Source of the DNA: an uncultured Methanosarcinaceae archaeon
Lineage (GTDB): Archaea > Halobacteriota > Methanosarcinia > Methanosarcinales > Methanosarcinaceae
DNA length: 64,000 nt
Assembly: GCA_963721455.1 (NCBI GenBank)
Contig: CAVRJG010000021.1
Span: 252-64,251 of the forward strand
Direction: 5' to 3'
A program made the position numbers and the translations under genes. Within the stretch, counting starts at the first letter, position 1. Every line of letters begins with the position of its first letter. The notes under the pieces were generated by a model that saw only the letters and a program-made list of their open reading frames with translations, was not told where the DNA came from and searched no databases. Positions 1 to 10,003 of this stretch are shown here, piece by piece.

Positions 1-1100
1 CATCCTTGCATAATGTGTAAGATTTTGATTCAATCTATGCTTGATAGAGTTCGATCATCGCGAGCGATAGCTCGCAATGTTCGAGAAAATATAGTTTACA
101 TGTATTTAGCTGAAAACCTACAACCTGATTTTAGAACAATCAGTGATTTCAGAAAAGAGAATGAAAAATTGATTACTGCAATGTTCAAAAGCACAGTTAA
201 GGCAGCCAAAGATCTAGGAGTAATAGGTCTTGAACAATTAAGCATTGATGGATCCAAAGTAAAAGCCTCTGCGTCAAGAAAAAGTGCAGTTATGAAAAAT
301 GCCTTGGAAGTAATTGAAGAATATGTCAAGAATGAATTAAAAAAAGGTGTTGAAATAGACAAAGTTGAGGATGAGCATTTTGGAAAATGCCGTGGTTATG
401 ATCAGTTGAATGAAAGTGAAAAACATAAAGTAAAAGCGGTAGTCGTGAAGTACGTAAAGCAAGTCAATAAGGATGAATCTGGCGATAGAAAAGGGAATAT
501 TGAAAATACGATTAAGAAAGCGCTTAATGAATTTGAAAAAGACAGTATTGATAATGTGAGCTTGACTGATCAAGAATCTCGGTTTATGATTAACAAAAAA
601 GGAACGATTGAACTTGCATATAATACTCAAATAACGGTCGATCATAAACAAGGAATTATAGTTGCAAACGATGTATGTCAAGACAGAAACGACATGTATC
701 AATTGAAGCCTCAAATTGAAATGGTGGAAGAAAATTGTGGTTTATTAAAAGTAGGCACTAAACTATGTGCAGACACTGGATACTATAGCGGAAACAACAT
801 ACATTATTTGAATGATAAAAAATTGGATCCATATATTCCAGAGCAAGAAGTAACTAAAACAATAACAGAAAACGTAGAAGATGTTAGGTTCGATATTAGT
901 AATTTTGACTATAATGAAGAAATTGATGAATTTATTTGCCCTGAAAATCAAAGATTGAAGTTTTTGCGTGAAGGTTATGAGAAAGAAAGGATGAGAAAGT
1001 ACAGAATTTACAAGGGAACCGAATGTCAAAAATGTGAATTTACCAAAAATTGTACAAAAAGAAAGGATGGAATTAGACAGTTAAAAATAGCTGAATTTTC
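1..1100 (+). pseudogene. IS1182-family transposase, 5' part outside window, 3' end lost at IS66-like element
   Basis: SSRAIA...YMYLAE..QPDFRTISDFRK, IDGSKVKA, TDQESRFM, LAYNTQITVD, CADTGY, CPENQ..C..C motifs typical of IS1182 transposases; homology stops at 1100 where a TIR starts and does not resume after 2876. Confidence 0.85.
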
Positions 1101-2876
1101 GTATCCTCTTCAAATTGAGTGGAAAGCTTTCAATTTCAACTCAATGAGCTTTTTTCTCTAATGAGTTGAGCCAAAGATGGCATCTCAAATGTATTGCTCA
1201 CTCTATCACATATGTACTGATATGCACTTATACTCAGTTTCTTTGCAGTCTGAACAATCGTCATAAATGTGTCGTTTGCCTTTGTCCCTTCATCTGTTAT
1301 GGTTTGAAGGCTCACATCTCTTTTTCTAACCTTTGCTCTCGCCGCTAGTTCCGCTGCATTGTTATGCAGTGGAACTTCTGGTAAAACCAGTACTTTTAAC
1401 AGATGTCCCTTGTTCTCTTTCGTCTTACCTATTCTTTCATCCAACTGTTCATATCCTGTTATAGTCGAAAACAATTGATCAAACTTAATGGATAATTGCT
1501 CCGCTACCTCTGAATCTGGTTTTATTCTAAACTCACAAAGTTCCCCATAAAAGTCCCAGTACCTGTCCAGAAAAGCTTCCAGCTTTTCTTTAAAATAAGG
1601 TACTATTGGCCTCAATTTCTTGTAGTTTCTCCCATCATGAATCCAACAAAGAGCATGATGTGATGCAATCTGCTTGAATTGACGTGCATCATCACTCAGA
1701 AGTGTGGTAACCACAGGTATGTCTGTACTTTGATGATATGCCGCAATTGCACAGGCTTCAAGAACTTTCTTCTTAGTAGTTTTATACCCTTTGAGTGAGA
1801 AAACACAATCCAGTTTTCGACGCATTTCTTCATCACTGAATATTTTGTTTTTAAAAGAAGAGAGCTTTTCCATCCAGATTTGGGAAACATTAAACGTTTC
1901 CATCAGATCAAATGCTTCATCATTAAAGCAGTACGTTTTTTCTTTTCCACATAGAAGTATATCTAAAATGGTTTCCCTATTCTTATTGGGAACTGTAAAA
2001 TAAGCAGCATAATAAGGATTACAAAGAATTTGAGTATAGTGATTGACACCATTGACTCTTGCACCTGTATCATCAATCTGCTGATAAGGCGTAGCCTTAA
2101 GACCCTCAAGAAAAATCTCAGCTTTTTCCTGATGGAAGATATCAGTATCTTTTGTCAAAATTCGAGAAATAGTGGCTCTGGATATATGAACACCAATATT
2201 TTCCAGAAATTCATGTATTTTGGGCTCTGAAACATTAGCAACATGGTTAAGAGTGATTATAAGAGATTTGATTCCAGGGCCAAATTCACCTTTGATACCA
2301 TGTGGCAATTCTCCTGAATATGTTTTATGCTCAGAAGGAGAATAAAATATCTCTATCCTGTAGTTGGTGTTCACAGGCTTTATGGATATATCCTGAATTA
2401 TTACGTCCCTATAACCTTTAGGATACACATCACTGGGTAAAACGGATCTATCAACTTTACATGTTTCAGTTCGGTGAACCTCTATTTTATCAAGTTTTGA
2501 TTTAGATTCTGTGTCCTATGGAAGCCTTTGTTTTTGTCTCTCTTTTTCAGAAGAGATGTCTTCATTTTTTTTAGAGCCACGAATCTTAGGTTTGGTTTGT
2601 TCACCTTTGAGTAAGTTAATTTCGTCTCGAAGCTTTTGGTTCTCTGCTTTGAGGAATTCAATCTCTTCGTTCTGCTTTTCAATGATAGCAAACAAAATGC
2701 GAAAAGCTGTAGCATACCTTTTATCCTCAATTTCATCAGGATTGATATCCAAAGATGCCAGCAATTGTTTTAAAGCTTCGAGTTCCATCTTTTTACTCCA
2801 AAATATGATAAGGGTAAATGGAGCAACTATTATATTTTTCCTGTGATTGAAAACCCATCTAATTTGAAGAGGATAC
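1101..2876 (-). mobile_element. IS66-like insertion sequence (1776 bp) with terminal inverted repeats
   Basis: GTATCCTCTTCAAATT at 1101-1116 is the exact reverse complement of AATTTGAAGAGGATAC at 2861-2876; encloses a transposase ORF. Confidence 0.85.
1136..2788 (-). CDS. IS66-like DDE transposase, single frame with one in-frame TAG (2516-2518)
   Basis: N-terminal coiled coil (MELEALK...NQKLRDEINLLKGE), QQIDDTGARVNG, LLSDDA, HALCWIHDGRNYKKL, PLHNNAAE motifs; the two track ORFs are in the same frame, separated only by TAG. Confidence 0.8.
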
Positions 2877-3096
2877 AATTTGTCTGATAATTAGAATCTT
2901 AAACAAGTATCAGGACTTCTAGAGCGCCAAAATTTGAAGCCTGGCTGTACCTGAGTACGTATAAAGACATGATCTATATAGTACATAGTGAAAAGCTATA
3001 TATAGCTGGCAGGCAACTATAGTATGTCGAAGAGAACTCGGACAGAAAATAAAATAATAAAAAACTAAATACACGCTTTAAAAGAGGTGATAAAAA

Positions 3097-3309
3097 ATGG
3101 AACAACTCAGGAGTTTGATTATCGAAAACGTAGCAATGTTCAATGAAGCGTTCCCTAACAGATTCTGCCATAGCCCGGATGTCATTTTCGCAATCTCGCA
3201 CGACTATCAGTTCACTTACGGACAGATTGAAAACGAGATCGGGAAGATGGTTCATGAAGGAGTTCTTGATGCAGAACTTTCCGATTGGGATGGAATAAAG
3301 ATCTTATAA
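3097..3309 (+). CDS. small hypothetical protein (70 aa)
   Basis: Strong GAGGTGA RBS just before ATG; AT-rich TATA-like sequence upstream; plausible composition. Confidence 0.6.
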   Translation: MEQLRSLIIENVAMFNEAFPNRFCHSPDVIFAISHDYQFTYGQIENEIGKMVHEGVLDAELSDWDGIKIL

Positions 3310-3592
3310 GAATATTGCTGCTCAGCAAGAAGATAAAGGAAATAAATTGGAAATCACAAAACACTGCAAGACGACATAAAGAATTAAATTGATACATCAA
3401 AAATCAATTGAGAAATACTGGATTAGACTGAGTATTTAAGAATTTAACTGAATGTCCAGTCCTTTGATTAAGTATTCGGCCATGAGCCGAGTGTCCAAGC
3501 AGGATAAAGAGATATACAGCGAGAAATCCACCTAAAATTTCGCCAGTAGCTAACTTCTTTTTCCCCTTAAAATCTTTTAATCCTGAACAATT

Positions 3593-4290
3593 TCAAGAAG
3601 CGAGCATTTTGCATAGCTGCCCTTTTTCGGATAAATATCTTTTAGCATGTTCCACGAACAGGACATGGTACTCCTGATGCAGTTCCGAATCTTGAGAAAA
3701 ATATTCTTCAAAGAGCGCCTTGATATGGTCGTAATCTGCCTTGTCATCAGTAAGTTCCAAGTTTGTTAATATTCTTCTCATGGATGCATCGACTACAAAA
3801 AGGATGATTTTTTGGAGACGTACAGCATAATAGAATCTGCAGTCTCCGGGCCTACACCCTTTAAAGACAGAAGTTCTTTCCTCTCAGGCGTTCTGCCTTT
3901 GAGCTCCATAAACCAACTGGCAAGGTTTTTGAGGCGCATTGCTTTCTGGTTATAATAGTCCGCTGGCTTGATAGATTCTTTTAAAACCTCCGGGCAAAGG
4001 GAAATTACGGCTTCAGGGCAAAGGGCATTTAGCCGTTTAAGGTTGAGAAGAGCCTTTTCAACCTGCATCCAGCTTATTGTTCGGGTAAGCACGGTTCTAC
4101 TGATAACCTTAAAATGCTGATTTCTGACTTGAGAGTAGATATAGTCGGCAGGATGGTAGTATGTAGGACAGAATCCATTTCTGTAGAATCTGTTCCAGTA
4201 GTTCTGGGAGAAGCATGCGGCAGGATGGCAGTAAAAGCCAAGAAAGAACAAGCACAAGGTTCCTGGATGTTACCGACAAAGAAACTCTTT
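3593..4290 (-). pseudogene. endonuclease III-like HhH-GPD DNA glycosylase, frameshifted
   Basis: SWMQVEKALLNLK, IKPADYYNQKAMRLK, ELLSLKGVGPETADSIMLY (HhH-GPD), then shifts frame to VDA..RRI...YDHIKALFEE...HQEYHVLFVEHAK; additional shift upstream. Confidence 0.8.
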
Positions 4291-4458
4291 CAGAAACTCT
4301 TGAGGAAGTTATTGAATCCAGGAAAATAAAGGGTTGAAAGATGTTTTCCAATTTTTCCATAGCTGTGGTTGCGGGTCATCTGGCCAATTTGATGACACTG
4401 TGGAAGCTGTCATAGAAAATCAGGAATGATGCCAGGCAGATAGACACTGAACCTGGTG

Positions 4459-4941
4459 TCATTTCTCAAATGTCTGCAAGATCCAGTCTTTTATCTCATC
4501 TCTGACTCGCCGGAAGACTCTGAGCCGCTCTTCTTCCGATCCCACCGTCGCGGCAGGATCCTCAAAACTTTTGTGAATTACTTCTCTTGCTTTGGGAGAT
4601 TTGGTCGGGAGCTCCAGATTCGTGCTGCAGATAGGGCAGGCCACTTTAGCCCGATCGCAGACCGTGACCGCCAGGTCAAATATGGTACCCTGAAATTCTT
4701 GGGGAGTTTTGGAGCGCTGACTGGAGATATCGATGCCGATTTCCTTCATGACTATAACAGCGTGAGGATTAACAGTTGTGGCCTTAACGCCGGCGCTGTA
4801 AGCCTCGTATCGATCTCCATAAATAGCCCTTAAAAGACCTTCGGCCATTTGTGACCTAGCTGAGTTATGGGTACACAGAAAAAGAATTTTCTTCTTTTCC
4901 TGTGGTCTCGTATTTGTTACCATCTTATTATTATTGCGCAT
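4459..4941 (-). CDS. arsC: arsenate reductase / low-molecular-weight PTPase family
   Basis: ILFLCTHNSARSQMAEG P-loop (CX5R), AYSAG, VTVCD, FEDPA. Confidence 0.9.
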   Translation of the reverse strand: MRNNNKMVTNTRPQEKKKILFLCTHNSARSQMAEGLLRAIYGDRYEAYSAGVKATTVNPHAVIVMKEIGIDISSQRSKTPQEFQGTIFDLAVTVCDRAKVACPICSTNLELPTKSPKAREVIHKSFEDPAATVGSEEERLRVFRRVRDEIKDWILQTFEK

Positions 4942-5077
4942 GATGATAGATCAGAATTGTGATTGTTCCTGTATCCGGATTTCGGGAGGGTCGGGATGCC
5001 AGAAGATTTCGTTGGTTTTAGTTCTCATCTTTTAGCTGCATTCTGTGTCTCTTTTGCAATCGGTCCTAAATTACATA

Positions 5078-5845
5078 TTATATTATACTATCAACAACCC
5101 TCTCTTTTTCTCCTCTAGAGAAAACTCTGTAAACTTGCAGATGCCAGCGCTTGCAATCGGACTCTGGCGCATCAATCTCAATCAAGTTGTAACACTGAGA
5201 CATTTTTCCACGAACTTTGGAAGAACAGACAGTTCCCGCACTGATTACAAGCATATTGTTTAATCTCCAGACCCAGGGGATGTGCCAGTGCCCGCAGAGT
5301 ACAAGGTTCACACCTGAGCGGTCCAGGAGTTCCAGAACATCTCCCGCGTCTACAAGCACATTATTTCCTCTTCCAGTCCTGGGAATAGGAATAAGGTGGT
5401 GGTGCAGGGCAAAAACCTTGAAACTGCCTCCCGAGAAAGTACTCTCTATCCAGCCGTAATTCTCCCTTCCGATGTGCCCTTCATCAAGTTCCGGCTGGGA
5501 AGAATCAAGTCCTACCACAGTAACCTCGCCAAAGTGCCCAAAGGAAGATCTGGTCTTGAAAAGGTCCTCAAAAAAGAGGTAACCTGCGTTTCTGGAGTCA
5601 TGGTTTCCTGGAACTATTACCTTGTTTTTGCATTCGATCCTGTCGATGAAGTTTTTTGCTCCATCATACTCGGCTACAAGTCCGTTTTCCGTCAGGTCGC
5701 CGGTGATTATTACAATATCCGGAGAATTCTGGTTTATGTTTTCAAGCATCGAGTCTGCAATCTCAGGCATATAGTATGCCTCTGAGAAATGGATATCTGA
5801 AAGATGTATCATTCTTATAATATCTAATTCCTCTGTCCTGCTCAT
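5078..5845 (-). CDS. metallophosphoesterase (CpdA/Icc-like)
   Basis: HLSDIH, ITGDLT, VPGNHD, ALHHH, LCGHWH calcineurin-like motifs. Confidence 0.9.
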   Translation of the reverse strand: MSRTEELDIIRMIHLSDIHFSEAYYMPEIADSMLENINQNSPDIVIITGDLTENGLVAEYDGAKNFIDRIECKNKVIVPGNHDSRNAGYLFFEDLFKTRSSFGHFGEVTVVGLDSSQPELDEGHIGRENYGWIESTFSGGSFKVFALHHHLIPIPRTGRGNNVLVDAGDVLELLDRSGVNLVLCGHWHIPWVWRLNNMLVISAGTVCSSKVRGKMSQCYNLIEIDAPESDCKRWHLQVYRVFSRGEKERVVDSII

Positions 5846-6259
5846 TTACTATTCTGACTTTTCTCAGAATTCAGATTTGCCGAGCCCTATATATAGTTAT
5901 TCGATTTAGTCTATATGCATGCAATATAATAAATGATTAACAAATGATCTAAATTTTCTATATATTAATGGTTGCTTAAAACGAAAAACTCAAAAATCAG
6001 GTCGTGGGTGTGAGTTGTTGAAAACCATAATCGCTAGAAACTCTCCATATTTTTCTTCAAACACGGGGGACGTGCCCGTTTTTCAGAATTGATTAATGAC
6101 TCGTGTACACGACCTAATGCTGAAAATAATGTCAAATTTTACATTCCTGAAGATATTACAAATTTCCAGATAAATAACAAGTATATACAGGCAAGGGAGG
6201 CCTGTAATTCGTAACTTAGTTCCTTAAGTCTCATTCTGACAAAAAGGAGTAATGGGTCT

Positions 6260-7444
6260 ATGAAAAAGATTCGAATAGGAATGTTTTCCTGGGAAAGTTT
6301 GTATTCGATACGTATAGGAGGGATTTCTCCCCATATATCTGAACTCTCTGATGCTCTTGCGGCAGAGGGACACGAGGTTCACCTGTTTACACGAGACCGT
6401 GAAAATAAAGATGAGTTAATCAATTGGGTCCATTATCATAAGATTGCCTGTGATCAGAACGGGGGAATCGTAGAACAGATGAACCGGATGTGCGATGCTA
6501 TGTACTGCCGATTTCTGGATGTGAGAAAATGTGCAGGAGAATTTGATATTCTTCACGGGCATGACTGGCACCCTGTAAACGTTCTGTGCAGGATTAAAGC
6601 CCAGTTTGGACTGCCCTTTGTGTTGACCTTCCACAGTACGGAATGGGGACGTCACGGAAATCGTCACGGAGACTGGTGGGAAGCAAAGGAAATCTCACAC
6701 CGAGAGTGGCTAGGAGGATATGAGTCTTCGGCTGTTATCATGACCTCGGCAGTACTGAAGAAAGAAGTCAAGCATATCTACAAAATTCCCGATTACAAGT
6801 TATGGGAAATTCCTAACGGTATAAACGTGGGAAAAATAAAAAGACAGATCGACCCTGGAGATGTGAAAAAGCACTTTGGTATTCATCCACATCTTCCAGT
6901 GGTACTTTTCACGGGAAGAATGGAATATCAGAAAGGACCTGACCTGCTGGTTGAAGCTGCGGCAAAAGTCCTGAAAAAAAGAAATGCCCGGTTTGTATTT
7001 ATTGGAAAAGGAAAAATGCGTTCTCAGTGTGAATATCGGGCTCAAAAACTTGGCATTGGAAATTCCTGTAACTTCCTTGGGTATGCTCCGGATAATATTG
7101 TAATCGACTGGTTCAATGCCTGCGACCTTGTGTGCGTGCCAAGCAGGAACGAGCCTTTCGGAATTGTGGTGCTTGAAGCCTGGGATGCAAAAAAACCTGT
7201 AGTTGCAAGCGATGCAGTCGCCCTCGTGGAGAATTTCAGAACAGGGGTTATTGTTCATAGAGAACCTTCTTCTATTGCCTGGGGCCTCAATTACGTCCTT
7301 GAAGGGCTTGGCCACAACAGAATGGGGAAAAAAGGACACGATATTCTCAAAAAGAAGTATAACTGGAATACAATAGCTGAAAAAACCCTTGAAGTATATG
7401 AAAAAGTGATTGATAAAAATAAGGTCGTGGGAGTGAGTTCTTGA
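6260..7444 (+). CDS. GT4 (GT-B) glycosyltransferase
   Basis: GGISPH..ELSDALAAEGHEVH, HGHDWH, IPNGI, FTGRMEYQKGPDLL, PSRNEPFGIVVLEAW. Confidence 0.9.
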   Translation: MKKIRIGMFSWESLYSIRIGGISPHISELSDALAAEGHEVHLFTRDRENKDELINWVHYHKIACDQNGGIVEQMNRMCDAMYCRFLDVRKCAGEFDILHGHDWHPVNVLCRIKAQFGLPFVLTFHSTEWGRHGNRHGDWWEAKEISHREWLGGYESSAVIMTSAVLKKEVKHIYKIPDYKLWEIPNGINVGKIKRQIDPGDVKKHFGIHPHLPVVLFTGRMEYQKGPDLLVEAAAKVLKKRNARFVFIGKGKMRSQCEYRAQKLGIGNSCNFLGYAPDNIVIDWFNACDLVCVPSRNEPFGIVVLEAWDAKKPVVASDAVALVENFRTGVIVHREPSSIAWGLNYVLEGLGHNRMGKKGHDILKKKYNWNTIAEKTLEVYEKVIDKNKVVGVSS

Positions 7445-7495
7445 AAATGATAAGCCAGAGAATCTCTTTTCATTTTCCACAAATACGGAGGTATC

Positions 7496-7651
7496 AGGCT
7501 ATCTCAAAACTACATTTTATTCGACATTTAAGGTAATATATTCAATTTAAGATTAATTTGTACCTGAATTTTGGAATAATTTCGGTCTAATTTTAAAGTC
7601 AACAATGCCCGTTATCCAATTATAGAAATTGGTTGAGTTTTGAGACAGCCT
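7496..7651. mobile_element. MITE-like element (156 bp)
   Basis: AGGCTATCTCAAAACT (7496-7511) vs AGTTTTGAGACAGCCT (7636-7651): 15/16 inverted repeat around non-coding AT-rich core. Confidence 0.7.
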
Positions 7652-8281
7652 ATAAGAGACAAGCTAGAAAATCCCGCCTGATAAACTGTTACCCTGCATG
7701 CAGTTAATACCTGCAGGAAAACAGGACATGAGAGTCTCAGTTTTACGGTTTTTGGGTAAAACGGTCTCCAATAAAGGTTAGTACGGTTTACAGAAGAATA
7801 TTTGATATTGAATCGTCACACAGGATGAAGAATATAATTAAGCCAATGACCTCATCTAAAAATGATAATATCAGGTACTTTTAACGCTGACATCTTTCCT
7901 GTTTATTTTTAGCCAAGTACTGAGACTTCGATTTTTATCTATATAGTTAAGCCCAAAAATCCCATTAACAATGATTTATATAGTGGTACTAGTTAAAAAA
8001 CGAAGTATACACTGATATTTAGACATAATAAACTAAATACGAAAGATCTATATAATTTAAGCTTATCTCACTATATTAATGGAAGAATATGAGGCTTTTT
8101 ATTATTTTATAGGGGCGTCAAAATATAGCACTAATTCCGTTAGCATTTGGCAGCCCTCAATTAAAACCCAGAAAATAACAAAAGGTCTCAAAATTCTGTT
8201 CATTATAGATGCAATTGTTTGAAAGAAGATAAGCATTCTAAAAGTAATACTTAACTGCATACCGATTCGGAGAGTAGAAAA

Positions 8282-9067
8282 ATGGACAAAAAAACATTTG
8301 ACAAAATAAAAAAGACACTATGTATTTTCATGGTAATCTTTTTTGTAACTTCTGTGACAGCTGGAGCAGCAAGCGCAAGCAGCGGCGACTATGTAAAAGG
8401 CTACAAAGATGGCCATAAAGATGGACTTAAAAACGGCTACAAAGACGGCTATAAAGGCAACGACAAAAAAGACGATAAAGACAGCGATTCCGGCAACAAA
8501 CACTACAAAAAAGGCTACAAAGACGGATATAAAGACGGCTACGATAAAGGCTACGATATAGGCAAGAGCGACAAGAAATTCGATGACGATATGAAGAAAG
8601 CCGAAGACGATATGAAGAAAGCCGAAGACGATAAGAAAAAAGCCGAAGACGATAAGAAAAAAGCCGACGATGATCACAAGAAATTCGACGACGATCACAA
8701 AAAAGCCGACAGCGATAAAGAATCAGACAGTGACAAAAAAGCAGACAGTGAGGACAAACCCTCATTTGAACACCCCCAAGATAGCGACGACAAATCCGCA
8801 CCTGAACACCTCCAAGGTAACGACTACAAGCCCTCATTTGAACACTCTCAAGACAGCGACGACAAATCCGCACCTGAACACCTCCAAGGTAACGACTACA
8901 AGCCCTCATTTGAACACTCTCAAGACAGCGACGACAAATCCGCACCTGAACACCTTCAAAGTAACGACTACAAGCCCTCATTTGAACACTCTCAAGACAG
9001 CACCGACAAACCCTCATTTGAACACTACCAAAATAGCAACTACAACCCCAAAGGATATCACCACTGA
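8282..9067 (+). CDS. secreted low-complexity repeat protein (GYKDG, DDxKKA and 24-aa repeats)
   Basis: Signal peptide MDKKTFDKIKKTLCIFMVIFFVTSVTAGAASA; GGAGAG RBS; 72-bp tandem repeats encoding DYKPSFEHSQDSDDKSAPEHLQGN. Confidence 0.8.
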   Translation: MDKKTFDKIKKTLCIFMVIFFVTSVTAGAASASSGDYVKGYKDGHKDGLKNGYKDGYKGNDKKDDKDSDSGNKHYKKGYKDGYKDGYDKGYDIGKSDKKFDDDMKKAEDDMKKAEDDKKKAEDDKKKADDDHKKFDDDHKKADSDKESDSDKKADSEDKPSFEHPQDSDDKSAPEHLQGNDYKPSFEHSQDSDDKSAPEHLQGNDYKPSFEHSQDSDDKSAPEHLQSNDYKPSFEHSQDSTDKPSFEHYQNSNYNPKGYHH

Positions 9068-9112
9068 TACCCTTGTGGCTTTGTATTGAACATAAGTTGG
9101 GGAAGTAGACAA

Positions 9113-9211
9113 ATGGGAAAAACATTTGACAGAATAAAAAAGGCGCTTGCTGTTTTGCTGTTAAATGTAAAACCGGTGACGACTCATCTCCTGATAGGAC
9201 TCACGCACTAA
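9113..9211 (+). pseudogene. truncated paralog start of the secreted repeat-protein family
   Basis: MGKTFDRIKKALAVLL matches the upstream gene's N-terminus, same RBS context (GGAAGTAGA), then breaks off. Confidence 0.55.
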
Positions 9212-9391
9212 GGACAAAACAACGTACGAGTATATTCTTCAGAATATTATTGGATATTTGAAGGTTTAATGCTATCGGATTTACATAGTTGAGTTGAGAA
9301 ATCATAGCATTAAACCATAAACTCTTTAAAATACAGGTTTTAACCAACAACGTCTATTGTGCTTGATTTTGTACACAAAATGCGTATAGTC

Positions 9392-9564
9392 CTAGTACAT
9401 CGATTCCATACATCCTCAATAAACCACGGATAAACACAGATTAACACAGTTGGTTTCAATTCGTGTTTATCCGTTTCCGTCTATGGTTTTTTATGGGATA
9501 CTCATTTACCAGTGTTGATTTCAAAGTCTAGTTTTAGTTCCATAATTTGGAATCGATGCACTAG
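9392..9564. mobile_element. MITE-like element (173 bp) with internal REP-like hairpin
   Basis: CTAGTACATCGATTCCA (9392-9408) vs TGGAATCGATGCACTAG (9548-9564) 16/17 inverted; internal ACGGATAAACAC/GTGTTTATCCGT stem 9426-9474. Confidence 0.65.
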
Positions 9565-10003
9565 CTTGTATCATATGCATCCCTTGTCACACTATATGCA
9601 CACGTCGCATATAAAACTATATCTTATCAATGAGATTATGCCAACTGTAACATATTCCATGCAGTAAGTTGTTCCTTAATATCCCTTCGGATCCCCCGCG
9701 AAATAACATAGGCAACTTTTTAAGCTGTACTCAACCATTTTCACAAGCAATCTCATCGATTTAATTCCAAAATAATTACGTTTTGCATAGGTTATTTCGT
9801 AACGAGTCCTAAGATAACCCTCTAAATTGCAGTTCGCCTGTGATTTCCATTTTCTAGCTTCTTTCCCTGTCATTTGAGAGGATTTTCATGGGAAAAACAG
9901 TTGTATATTTCCTTATTTCCGACACTTGTTTTTCAGGAAAGCAGCTACTTTTGTTCCTCTTCACTCAACAAATATATATCACTGCTAAAAGTATCTTTTA
10001 CCC

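Noticed and set aside
2428-2516. Programmed frameshift between the two IS66-like ORFs
   Set aside because: Counting shows both ORFs are in the same frame, with only a TAG between them.
3793-3795. TAG ending the glycosylase ORF as another amber read-through
   Set aside because: The homologous sequence (VVDA) continues in a different frame, so this is a frameshift rather than an in-frame amber.
9685-9812. Degenerate inverted repeat (CGAAATAAC/GTTATTTCG) and the 65-aa ORF across it
   Set aside because: Too decayed to call a MITE, and the ORF has no recognisable motif or RBS.
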